64,000 bases of DNA from the NCBI GenBank assembly GCA_043228905.1, contig JBHGNT010000010.1:14260001-14324000 (forward strand), read 5' to 3'. The number at the start of each line of letters is the position of its first letter. Position 1 is the first letter of the stretch. This document shows positions 1 to 11,494 of this stretch, in pieces. Made by a program: the position numbers and the translations under genes. The notes beneath the pieces were generated by a model, which was not told where the DNA came from, did no database searches, and saw only the letters and a program-made list of their open reading frames with translations. Source of the DNA: Azolla caroliniana (lineage: Eukaryota > Plantae > Polypodiophyta).

Positions 1-58
1 GTTCATAGATGACCATAGCCGGAAGCTGTGGGCCACACCGCTGAAGACGAAGGATCAG

Positions 59-2500
59 GTGCTATCCGTCTTCAAAGAGCTCCACGCGAGAGTGGAAAGA
101 GAAACCGGCCGGAAGCTGAAGGCGGTTCAAGTAGATAACGGAGGAGAGTACCGGGGGCAGTTCGAGGAGTACTGTCGCTCGAAGGGAATCCGGCTCGAAT
201 TTACCGTGCCAAAGACGCCGGAACTAAACGGACTGGCCGAGAGGATGAACCGGACCATAATGGAGAGGGTCCGGAGTATGCTAGCGCATGCAAATCTACC
301 CAAGAAGTTTTGGGCTAAGGCACTGTCGACGGCGACATATGTGATAAATAGATCACCCTCAGTACCCTTGGACGGAGACACGCCACAGAGAGTGTGGACC
401 GGTAAGGAGGTCTCCTACCGGCATCTGAAGGTGTTCGGGTGTCTCGCGTACGTGCATGTAGCTACGGACCGGAGAGGAAAGTTAGATCCAAAGACCCAGC
501 CATGCATATTCCTCGGTTACGGTGATGATGAGTTCGGCTACCGAGTGTGGGACCTGGTCGACAAGAAGGTATTCCGGAGTCGAGATATTATCTTCATTGA
601 GAACAAGACGCTCGCCGACTGGGAGTCGGAGAAGAAGATAATGAACTCCGAGTCGACCGAAAAGGATAGACTCTGCGATGAGCAGACCCAACCAGCAAGA
701 GACCGGTTAGCACTCGAGGAACCAGCCGGTTACGGTGAGGATACCGAACCGGCAGAAGAAGTAGAGGAAGCTGAGACTGGAACCGGCCAAGACCCCGAAT
801 CAGATTCGGATGAAGAGCAAATGGATGAGCCGGTCACCGAAGCCCAGAGATGGAGATATCCTCTCAGAAAGAGAAGGGCCCCCCGGAGATTTCCGGATGC
901 AGAGCATGTTTTGCTGACCGATGAAGGGGAGCCGGAAAGCTTCAAAGAAGCGAAGGATGACACCCACGGCCGAAAATGGTTAAGTGCCATGCCGGATGAG
1001 ATGGATTCCCTGCATGAGAACCATACATACGAATTGGTGGAGTTGCCGAAAGGAAACCGGGCACTCCGAAACAAGTGGGTGTACAAGTTGAAACCGGGAG
1101 ATGCCGGCAACCCCCCGAGATACAAAGCCAGGATCGTGGTGAAGGGGTTCCAGCAGAAGAAGGGTGTGGACTTTGACGAGATATTTGCCCTGGTAGTAAA
1201 GATGACCTCCATCCGGACGGTGCTGAGTATAGCAGCAAGCATGGACCTCGAGGTAGAGCAGCTGGACGTGAAGACGGCATTCCTTCACGGCGACCTCGAA
1301 GAGGAGATCTACATGCAGCAACCGGAAGGATTCATGGAGAAAGGGAAAGAGCACCTGGTATGCCGGTTGAAGAAGAGCCTGTATGGACTGAAGCAGGCTC
1401 CCCGACAATGGTACCGGAAGTTCGACTCCTTCATGACTGATCAAGGTTACCACAAGACGCAGGCCGATCACTGCGGGTTTGTGAAGAAGTTGGAAGGAAG
1501 CGACTTCTTGATACTCCTTCTGTACGTGGATGACATGTTGATCGTCGGACGTGACCAAGTCAAAATACGGACGCTGAAGAAGGCTCTCAACCGGACCTTC
1601 TCAATGAAAGACTTGGGTCCGGCAAGACAGATGTTGGGGATGCACATCATCCAGAACCGGTCAGCGAAGCAATTATGGCTGTCACAGGAGAAGTATGTGA
1701 CAAAGGTGCTTCACCGGTTCAACATGTCAGAAGCGAAACCGGTCGGATCGACACTTCCGGCAAACTGCAGGCTATCCGGTAAGCAAAGCCCGAAGAAGAA
1801 AGCAGAGAAGGCGGATATGATGAAGATTCCATATGCCTCTGCCGTCGGGAGCTTGATGTATGCAATGGTGTGTACCCGACCGGACATAGGATACGCAGTC
1901 GAAGTGGTGAGCCGGTTTATGAGCAATCCCGGCAAGGAGCACTGGAACGCGGTCAAATGGATACTCCGGTATTTGAAGGGCACTTCAAATATGTGTCTCC
2001 GATTCAGCTCCGGAAAACCTCAACTGGACGGTTTCACCGATTCGGACATGTCGGCTGATGTGGATACCAACCGGTCTACATCCGGGTATGTAATGACATA
2101 TGCAGGGGGAGCTGTTTCATGGCAGTCGAGGCTGTAGAAGACGGTTGCATTGTCAACCACGGAGGCGGAGTACATGGCAACTGTGGAAGCCGGCAAGGAA
2201 ATTTTATGGATGAAGGACTTCATCGGAGAGCTCGATAAACAGCAAGAGGAATACCGACTCTATTGTGAAAGTCAAAGTGCCATCCACCTTGCCAAAAATT
2301 CGGCCTACCATTCCCGGACGAAGCATATCCAGCGGAGGTATCACTGGATCCGGGAAAGAGTAGATGACTAGGAGTTCGCACTGACAAAGATCCACACGGC
2401 CGAGAACGGGTCAGATATGCTGACCAAAGTGCCGACACCCGACAAGCTGGACGCATGCCGAAAGAGGATCGAACTGGTAAGACACCCCATGCCGGAGTGA
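59..2500 (+). pseudogene. copia pol (INT-RT-RNase H) with two premature stops
   Basis: ORF track 59..2137 and 2150..2371 are in the same frame, followed by ADMLTK-like RNase H terminus (SDMLTKV). Confidence 0.9.
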
Positions 2501-2510
2501 AGGGGGAGTT

Positions 2511-3191
2511 TGTTGGGAAACAGGTCCCTCCGGATGGGAAATCGGATGGTGCAGGCCCGGTGTGAACCGGATGAGGAGTACCCGGCTACGGAGAGCCGAA
2601 TGGTGCAGGCCCAGTGTGAACCGGATGAGGAGTACCCAGCTACGGAGAGCCGGATGGTGCAGGCCCGGTGTGAACCGGATGAGGAGTACCCGGCTACGGA
2701 GAGCCGGATGGTGCAGAACCGGTGAGAACCGGAGGAAGAGACATATTTGTAAATATGTTTCTGAGAGCCCATCGAGGCTATATTTGTAAATAGCCGAAAA
2801 GTCATATTAGTATAAATATGACTTAGGGCAAACTTTTAGTTGTGGTTGTCATTTTCTCGTTGGTGCAAGAAGAAGAGGAGAGTACGCAACGTTGTATAGA
2901 GAGAGAGAGAGAAAGAGGTCGCTGCCTCTGTTGTATCCGCCGCCTGTGGCGAAGATCGTGAGTCCGAGGTCGTTGCCTCCGTGAACTCACTGTTTTGTAC
3001 ATTCTTACATAGTGACAGTTTGCAGCCTGTGGGCTGTCGTGGTTTTTTCCCCTAGTTTGGGGTTTTCCACGTAAACCTCTTGTGTAATTTTTCCTCTTCT
3101 TTGTGTCGCGTCTTATTACCTGTTTTTTGTGTATCATTCTAAGCTTGGTTGTGGCCGAGTGTTGCGCATAAGGAACGACCAGTTCCCGTCA
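2511..3191 (+). repeat. 3' LTR of copia family A, containing a 54-bp tandem repeat (~3.4 copies, 2543-2727)
   Basis: TG...CA ends after the PPT. Unit CGGATGGTGCAGGCCCGGTGTGAACCGGATGAGGAGTACCCGGCTACGGAGAGC. TATAAAT at ~2812. Similar to solo LTR 8779-9361. Confidence 0.85.
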
Positions 3192-6100
3192 GGTGTCGGG
3201 GCACGAGCTATATTTCGGAACGAAGCCGAACTTGCGACACTTGAGGGTGTTCGGTAACATTGCGTATGTGCATGTACCGAAGGAGAAAAGGAGGAAGTTG
3301 GACGCAAAGGCCGAGAAATGCATCTTGGTCGGTTACTCGGACGAGCAAAAGGGTTATAAGTGCTATAACCCTCGCACCAAACAAGCGCGTGTTAGCCGCG
3401 ACGTTGTGTTTGACGAGTCCGCGTCCTGGTACCAGACCCTGACTCCGAACCCCGACTCCAATCTGAGCTCTGACAATGAGGTTAGTGAGGCTGAGATGCC
3501 TCCAGATGAGCCCGAAATCGAGACCCGCGAAGAGAGTCCGATTTCACTCCGTTTAAGTGGACCGATTGGACGACTGAGTCGGTACGATCAGTCCGATGAA
3601 GAGCCGGCGAGTAGTGGAGACTAGGCCGTGCATTTCCCGCGTAGGAAGCCGAGGAGACGACTTACGCGCAAAGAGAAAGGGAAGAAGATGGTGTCAGATT
3701 CCGGCACGGATGGGAACGAGTCAGACCGACGCGAGTCCGACTCTGAGGGAACCAGTGACGGGTCTTTAAAGGTGAAGTCCGCGTCAACCGAGAAGGCCTC
3801 GACATCGGCTAATGTGAGATTACGCTGATCTACCCGCCAGAAGAACCCTGTTTTGCGGTTCGGATACAACGAGTACATGGCGCGTCATTATGCGTACATG
3901 ACCCGTATAGCAGAAGTGCGTGAGCCGGAGAGCTACGCAGAAGCGGCGAAGGACGCGAATTGGCGAAGAACGAGACCTGGGACCTGGTTGACGCACCGAA
4001 GGGTGTGAAGCCGATCGGGTGTAGGTGGGTGTACAAAGTCAAGTACAACACCGATGGCTCCGTCAACCGGTACAAGGCTCGGCTAGTGGCAAAGGGCTAC
4101 GCGCAGAAACACGGCATCGACTATGATGAGACGTGTTTTGCTCGTAGTAGCTACCATGAAAGGGTGGCACTTACATCAGATGGATGTAAAGAATGCGTTC
4201 CTGCAAGGTGACCTTGAGGAACAGGTGTACATGGTACAACCCCCCGGATTTCACTCTGCAACGAACTCCTCGGCAGTATGCCGACTGAAGAAGTCCCTTT
4301 ACGGACTGAAGCAAGCCCCGCGTGCCTGGAACGCGAAGATCACGCAACAACTACGTCGGATGGGCTTCGTCACGTCAAAATCGGACTCTTCCCTGTTCAT
4401 CCGGAAAGGTCGACTCGGACCGGTTAGTATTTTACTATATGTTGATGACTTGGTCATCACCGCCGCCGACCTCGGTGAAATCAAACGCGTGAAGCTCCAG
4501 CTTGCGGCATCGTTCGACATGAAGAATCTAGGGGACCTTCGTTACTTCCTCGTGATCGAAGTGATCCGCACCCCCGAAGGCATACTAATCAGCCAACGTC
4601 ATTACACGCTGAATATGCTCTTCAAATTCGGGATGGCCGACTGTAAGTCCGTCTCGACTCCTCTGGACAGAACCGTCAAGCTTCGTCCCGATACGGGAAA
4701 GGTATGCGACCCGACGAGGTTCTGACAAATTGTCGGAAGCCTCATATACTTGACCATCACCCGACCCGACCTCAGTTATCCGGTCGGAGTGATCAGTCAG
4801 TTCATGGCGCGACCTACCGAGGAGCACCTTCATTGTGCGCAACGCATACTTCGGTATGTCAATGGCACTAAGGACCGGGGACTGCTATATCGGACCGGTG
4901 CAGCCGTGTAGTTAGTCGGCTACACCGATGCTGATTGGGCTGACAACGCCGCCGATCGCCGATCCACGTCCGGATACACGTTCTCCCTCGGGAGTGCCGC
5001 GATTGCGTGGAGCAGTAAGAAGCAGCCGACAGTTGCACTGTCGAGCACCGAAGCTGAGTACCGAGGAGCGGCTGTCGCGACATGCGAAGCCATATGGTTG
5101 AAGCGGCTACTTAGGGACCTGCAAGAGGAGGTGTCAGATCCGATGACGATCTACTACGACAACCTCAGCAGCATCCAGCTCGCGAAAAACCCCATTTTTC
5201 ACGCACGGACCAAGCACATTGAGGTGCACTACCATTTCGTCCGTGAGCGTGTCCTTTCCGGTGAAGTCGAACTTCAGTACGTTCTGACGGATCGGCAGAC
5301 TGCCGACATCTTCACCAGCCTCTTGGTCTGGACAAGTTGCGGAAATTCTCAGGTGCGCTTGGGTTGCGTCACCTCGACGTGCCAAACTTGAGGTGGAGAA
5401 CAGTCCCGAACGACCAAGCAAGGTAGCAAGAAAGGAGCGGAGACCGCGACACCACCGAGTCGGTTGACTCGATTGTCGAGTTCGACTTCAGATCGGCTTA
5501 AGAAGCCGAGGGCAGACCCGCGGAAAAGTCTGGAAGCGGACAGAAGGGGAGCAGCCGAAGGAGAGAGCCGAAGCCAACCACGCATGGGGAAGATGACGCC
5601 ATTGAGGGCGAGAAGACCGAAGACAAGTTGGAGACAGCCAACTCGGACGAGAGAGAAAACCGATCGGAGGTAGCCGAGTCGATTCGGATGTTTGTTTCAG
5701 ATACGCTGAATCAACCGAGGCCCAAGTGGAAGAAAAGGAAGCAGGAGAAGCGTCAACACCGCAACAACAGAAGAGCTGATAAGGGCTACATGAGCAGACA
5801 AGCCGACCGGAAGGGTCGAAGCGCGCGGAGTCGAACAGGTCGAGGAGCGCGAGCGAGGCGTGAAGCCAGGAGGAACTGGAGTTGTGAGCCCAAAGATCCC
5901 GAAGAACCTCAAGTTGAGCTTGAGGGGGAGTGTTGAGAGACAAGCTCAACATCGGCCGGATCGGCTGAAGAAGCCGAGGACCGGATCGGTTGGGACCGAT
6001 CGGTTAGGCCGAATGCGTAAACCGGTACGCAGACCGGTGCGTAGGTAGGGCTGGATCGGTGCGTAAACCGGGAGGCCGTTAGGAAAGATATTCCGTGAGG

Positions 6101-6391
6101 AATATATTTGGGAGTTAGTGTAGGAGCTCTTAATGAGCATTGAAGTACTGTCAGTACTTCATTCAGTCCTTCTAGGACTTGTATAAAAGTGTTCATTGAA
6201 CACACATATGTATAGAATCGTGAATAGAGATTGAGTACTTTTGTTGAATATAGTTCGTGTGTTCTCTCTCTCTCTCACTCTCTCTCTCTCTCTCTCCCAC
6301 GTATACTGCGTAAGCTCAAGCTCTCCATTAAACCTGAGTTTTCTTCCTTCTGTTTGGTCTTCATACTTGCTTCCGCACGCTACTTTTTACA
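3192..6391 (+). mobile_element. Ty1/copia family B, 3' half (INT C-term, RT, RNase H, Pol extension, 3' LTR 5931-6391), degenerate
   Basis: ORFs 3193..3624 (HLRVFG..RRKLDAKAEKC), 4123..4725 ([17 protein letters not shown]), 5098..5391 ([11 protein letters not shown]). PPT GAGGGGGAG 5922-5930. LTR TGTTGAG...TTTTACA similar to 11124-11583. Confidence 0.92.
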
Positions 6392-6870
6392 GATCCAACT
6401 AAAGTCCAAATTGTGGATTGGTAGACTCCATGATATGTGCTAGATGTGCAATGTTTTCTAGGATTCAAAATCTTCTATCGCAAGTTCAAACATGATTACT
6501 CAAAACTTATTCTACATCTCATACAACTCACAAAGAAAAATAAATCATTTGTTTGGACTGGATACAGATAATGTTTTCCTAGATCTCAAGAAGGCAATTA
6601 TTTACATCCACTCCTATTTTAGCTCATGTTGATACACAAAAACCATTTATTATTGAAGTGGATGCATTAGATTTTCCATTTCATAGCATTTTGTCACAAA
6701 AAGGTGATGATGGGAAGCTACACCGAATGTCTTTCAATTCGTATAAATTTGATACTGTCCAGATCAACTATGAGGTACATGACAAGGAACTATTAGTTAT
6801 AGTTGATTCCTTTTGCACAGTGGAGACATTTATTGGGAGGCTTTCTCCATCAAACAATGGTATTTAGAGA
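6392..6870 (+). pseudogene. Degenerate Ty3/gypsy RT-RNase H fragment (Tcn1-like), host of the copia B insertion
   Basis: Translates as DPTKVQ..DVQCFLGF.., then E-V-DALD..LSQKGDDGKLHRMSFNSYKF..NYEVHDKELLVIV (ORF 6658..6867). Confidence 0.75.
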
Positions 6871-7140
6871 GGAAACATGGACTTGAACATGTCATGAGTA
6901 GATGTTAGAGAGCTCATGTGTGAAATGTATTGTGGTGTGATGGCTTGGTTGACTAGAGTTGGTGGCGTTGGAGATATGGTCCGCACCAATAGGGCATGGG
7001 GCCACCCGAAAGGAGTTAATCATGTGGGTATATTCAAGGTGTTCTATTATATAATCAATTGTGTTTTCCCCTCCTCCATGTGGGAAACATGTGAGCTCTT
7101 CCGAGCCTGTCCACTTGGCTAAACCATTGTATATGATCAG

Positions 7141-7475
7141 TGAAAAAATTGTGGAAGTTGACACGTTGGCTTGGCCGATTAGAACGATAAACTCAAAGAT
7201 AGAAAACACAGAGACAGAAAATAGAGATGGAGATAACACAAAGATGAAGGCAATACACAGAGTATCCACCACATAGAAGACTCACCCTTTCATTAACAAA
7301 ATAGTCGACCCTTACAACTTTGCTCATAGAGCATCGTTTATACAAAGCCCTTTTGCCTCTCATCAAGGAGTGAGTTGACACAAGTACATCAACTCATTCA
7401 TGAGCACTGAAATCAAACTATTAGAATCCTTCAATACTAACGAAACTCAACCTAACTGAGCTTGACATCTCAACA
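7141..7475 (-). repeat. Solo LTR (copia type) inserted in the LINE endonuclease
   Basis: Minus-strand start TGTTGAGATGTCAAGCTCA at 7475 matches the terminus shared by copia LTRs in this window. LINE reading frame resumes on both sides. Left end and TSD are imperfect. Confidence 0.65.
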
Positions 7476-8778
7476 CATTTGATGTTGACTTCCAAGTTCA
7501 AGCAAATGATGGCCAAAGCTTGTGGCATCTGCACCTTGGTCTTTTGATCTATGTGTGATGCCTATGGCTAAGGGATCGACATTCACTATTTCTAGGTTTT
7601 TATCCATCTGAAATATTGTACATTGTCGAGATTGAGTTCTCGCATTGAAATCTCCTACAAGGAAGACTTCCCCTTGAGAAGAATATCAAATTATGTCATG
7701 TGATAAAGGTTCGTATGGAGAAGGCCCATTTGGCACTCTTTCATCAACTAATCTTTCTTCTCCAGCCATATTACAATGGGATCCTTACGGGGAAAAGTAG
7801 CAAATGGTGATAAATATTTCTTGATCCTTGCTAGTGAGGACTTTCACCCACATAAAATGAGCCTTTAGGTTTATCCTTAGTATTTCTATCTTATTATGTA
7901 GCTCTCTCGAAAACAATATTGCAACACCTCCGGATCCTCTAGTAGTGTGTCGACGTGAGGTTTGTCTAAATATATACTCCCACTGAAAACCTTCAACTCG
8001 TGGGAGTCCTCTATTTGGGCTCTAATGTGTTTCTACTAAGAAAAGTATATCTGATACCTTTAAAATCTCCTCTAGTCAATCAAGGTGTGTCCAAAGTGTG
8101 TCGTTACAATTCCATAAAGGCATCCTAATTTTATTTTCTGTCACATGGGCCATGCATCGTCATATGGTAGCACGATCATTTAGTATCATTCGTCCATCTC
8201 GGTAAAAGGCACGATGCCTATCTATACGAGCTTGCATGATAAAAAATATACGGTGCTCAATTTGCATCTTGGTGAGGTCTTCATCTAGGTAGATAGGGTC
8301 CTCGCCTAATCTTCGAAGAATTGGTCTCTTCTTAAAAAATGTGATACTAGATTCGAAGTCTTTAAATTGAAGGACTAAGGCTCTCTTCCTAATGGTGTCA
8401 CCTCCAGCCCTCTAGGTTTTGGTGATTAGTAGAAACCCTTCCTCAAGGAATTCTGAAAAGGTTGGAAGATCTGGCCAAAGAAGGTGATAGCCCCATAGAT
8501 CTTTCCTAGCAAGTTTGATTACCATTATAAAACGTGGATACCGTGTTTGAATAATGATCGCTTTACATGACTAAGGGCCTCTGTGTACCCTACATTTTCC
8601 CAAGTGTTTGTGCATCTTCGTCGGGCGATGCACCTTCCTTGAGTCTAGTGACACATCAACTTAGGCATCAGGCCTGACGCATTTTCTCTTCCTCAAGGGT
8701 AGTGTTTATAGTATTTTCATCTTTTATTTCCTTTTAAATGTTTCGTTTTATCACATCTACCCCACCCGTTTTAGTTAA

Positions 8779-9361
8779 TTTTGGGAAAACAGGTCCCTCT
8801 AGATGGGAAGAAGAGAATGAACCGAATCAAAGACACATGGGTAATTCGACCGAGGCCGAAATCGAAAAGTCAAAAATCGATTATATAACTGATTTGGGAG
8901 ACTATATTAGTAAATAGTCTAAATGTGCCCCATGTGGGCTATATTTGTAAATAGCCCGAAAGTTGTATAAGTATAAATGCAACTAGGGCAAAGTTTATGT
9001 GTAGAGCGATAATCATTATTATTGTATAGTTAATGTGTGCAGTTGCCTCTGTAACTAGTAAGAGGAAGAGATAGAGAGAGTGAGTGAGTGAGAGTAGTAA
9101 CTCTGTTGTCGTCTGTTAGACGAAGACGAGCCCGAGGTTGTTGCCTCCGAGTCTCCTTATACTCCTCTCCGCACACTTAGTGATTTGTTTCGTGGGGTTT
9201 GTGGACCCCCGTGGTTTTTCCCTTTCGGGTTTTCCACGTTAAATATCTTGTGTCTCTTTGAGTTTTCGTTTTCTATTTTCTGTCTATGAACTATACTAGT
9301 CGACTCTTTGCACCCGAATATACGAACGAGAAATCGGTTGTGGCCGGTTCTGATCCTAACA
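8779..9361 (+). repeat. Solo LTR related to copia family A, with perfect 5-bp TSD GTTAA
   Basis: GTTAA 8774-8778 and 9362-9366. Start (T)TTTGGGAAAACAGGTCCCTC and internal GGCTATATTTGTAAATAGCC match LTR 2511-3191. Ends in CA. Confidence 0.9.
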
Positions 9362-11123
9362 GTTAATTCCATGACATTTTTTACTTCTTTAACCTTTTTT
9401 ATTTCTTCTTTAATATCCTCTATGGAGGATATTTCACCATCTTCCCTAGATATCTCAAGGTCATTGAACTCTTTCTTACGGTTGATGTTTTCCACTTTGA
9501 GTTGCTCTATTTCAGCCTTAAGTGTGTCATTTTCTTCTCTATCTTTTTTCTTGTGTGATTTTGCCTTCCTTCGCCAATTTTTTCATATCATTATGTATTT
9601 TTACTGAACAATTAAACACATCTAAAATATCTTCTTTACTTATAACCTCATCATGTATATCCTTATGTTCTTTAATAGTTTCGAAGTCATTTGAGTTGTA
9701 GTCAAACAATGTAAAAGGTGAAAACCCTAAGGAAGAAGAATTACAAAAGTCACCAAAAAGTCACTTTTATTACTTTTTACAATGGCGTTGGGCCCTTTTC
9801 ACATGGCCATTTGGCTAGAAGTTTTAAGATTTACTATATCCTCCCTTTTTCTAGTGTCCTCTTGAGCGGCGGAATTGAGATGGACCTGAGCCCTAAACAA
9901 CCTCCCATACCACTGCTATGGATTTTGAGTAATACCTAGTATTAGTGGGCACTCACCACAAGATCATAGTCTTGAAGTAGTCAAATCATTTCTTGAAAAT
10001 CTTAGAATTGATAGACTAATGAACCAATGCATTTAAGGATTGTGAAAGGATCATAAAACCATGAGGCTAATTTAGTGCGCTGGTAAATAATGTTATAGAA
10101 TTGGGAGACACGTGTAGAAACACCTTTTGTACACAATTGAATGTTTATTTGGTCGCCATAAACATGTGCTCTATCTTGAGCCATTTTTATATTATCTTGT
10201 TTTATGTATTTCTCAACTGATCATGATGTATATTAACTGTCACGACCGAAGCTTCGAAAAGGATGTTGATTTCGAGAAAAGAAGATAGTAATAAAAAAAT
10301 TAGACAATAATAGAACAAGAAGACAAGAATTTATATTACCTTGAGATAAAGATGACAAAGGGTGTTGAACCAGAATGGTTCAAAACCTCCATTGATTTTT
10401 AACTTTTTGGAGCATATCCGCGAGTTCAAATACGTCACAAGGCTAGACTTAGAAGGATCTTACAATCTTGTTTGCATTCTCCCTTGTGGTGAATGGAAAG
10501 TTGTTTTTTGCACGCGATATGGTCACTTTGAGTACACAGTAAGGATGTTCGATCTTACAAATGCCCATACACTCTTTCAACATATGGCAAATGATATTTT
10601 TTGAGATTTCTTTGATATCTTCACAATACTTTATTTGGATGACATATTAATCTACTCAAGGGCCCCTACAGACTTTCAACATATGGCAAATGATATCTTT
10701 TGAGATTCCTTGATATCTTCACAATAGTTTATTTGGATGATATATTATTACTCTATGTGAGGACATAGGAGCACAATACCCATGTTCAACAAGTTCTACA
10801 ACTATTATAGGAATATGGTCTTTGTGTCAAACTAAAGTGTTGTTTTGACGGCAATCATGTAGAGTTTCTAGGATACCAACTCTCTTGTATTTCTATGGAC
10901 CCAAAGAAAGTACAAATGGTTCTAGATTGGAAGATGCCATGTTTAGCTCAAAATGTGCAATGTTTCTTGGGATTTGCAAATTTCTACCACAAATTCATCA
11001 AGTGTACTCACAAGTTCTCTTACCCCTAACAAAACTAACACAGAAGAATCGATCATTTGCATAGACGTCAAGTGCAATTTTGATAACTTCAAGCAAGCAT
11101 TTACATCTACTCTAATTTTGTTC

Positions 11124-11450
11124 TGTTGAGATACAAGCTCAACATTGGCCAGATCAGTTGTACAAGCCGAGAACCGGATCAGTTGGGATCGATCGGTTAG
11201 GCCGGACCGGTGCGAAAACCGGATGCGTAAACCGGCATGCAACGAGAAGCCGTAGCGGTACGAAAACCGTGAGGCCGTTGGGAAGATATTCCACATAGGG
11301 ATATATTTTGGGAGTTAGTGTAGAGCTCACTTATGAGCATTGAAGTATGTGTCAGTACTTCTGTCAGTCCGTATGGACTTGTATAAAAGTGCTCACTGAG
11401 CACATTCTATGTACAGGTTGAGTATTATTTTGAATTGAGTTTTTCTATGT

Positions 11451-11494
<44 letters not shown>

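Larger units (their letters stand above)
1..3191 (+). mobile_element. Ty1/copia LTR retrotransposon family A, 3' part (integrase-RT-RNase H, PPT, 3' LTR), inserted into the integrase of a family B copia
   Basis: ORF 59-2137 has integrase core (DNGGEY, PELNGLAERMNRT), RT (QLDVKTAFLHG, LLLYVDDML) and RNase H start. Frame continues past in-frame TAGs (2135, 2369) to TGA at ~2499. PPT AGGGGGAG at 2501. LTR TGTTGGG 2511 to GTCA 3191. Sequence after 3191 resumes mid-integrase of another copia (GVSGHELYFG). Confidence 0.95.
6875..9760 (-). mobile_element. Degenerate LINE 5' half: coiled-coil ORF1 and AP-endonuclease of ORF2, interrupted by two solo LTRs
   Basis: APE C-terminus LTCFPHGGGENTIDY...GADH (6892..7272) and GHHLLELG-QHQM|IIYNG across the LTR. 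ORF1-like segments PIYLDEDLTKMQ (~8290) and coiled-coil IKEEIKKVKEVK (9157..9495). Confidence 0.7.

Noticed and set aside
2135-2137. Programmed stop-codon readthrough in copia pol
   Set aside because: The TAG falls within RNase H where homologues have Gln (SRLQK), so a C>T decay mutation is simpler.
2510-2805. Repetitive ORFs (RMVQARCEPDEEYPATES)n
   Set aside because: Translation of the 54-bp LTR tandem repeat, with no evidence of coding function.
10572-10748. Doubled YLDD motif as a two-active-site RT
   Set aside because: A local ~100-bp tandem duplication in a dead element full of stops and frameshifts.
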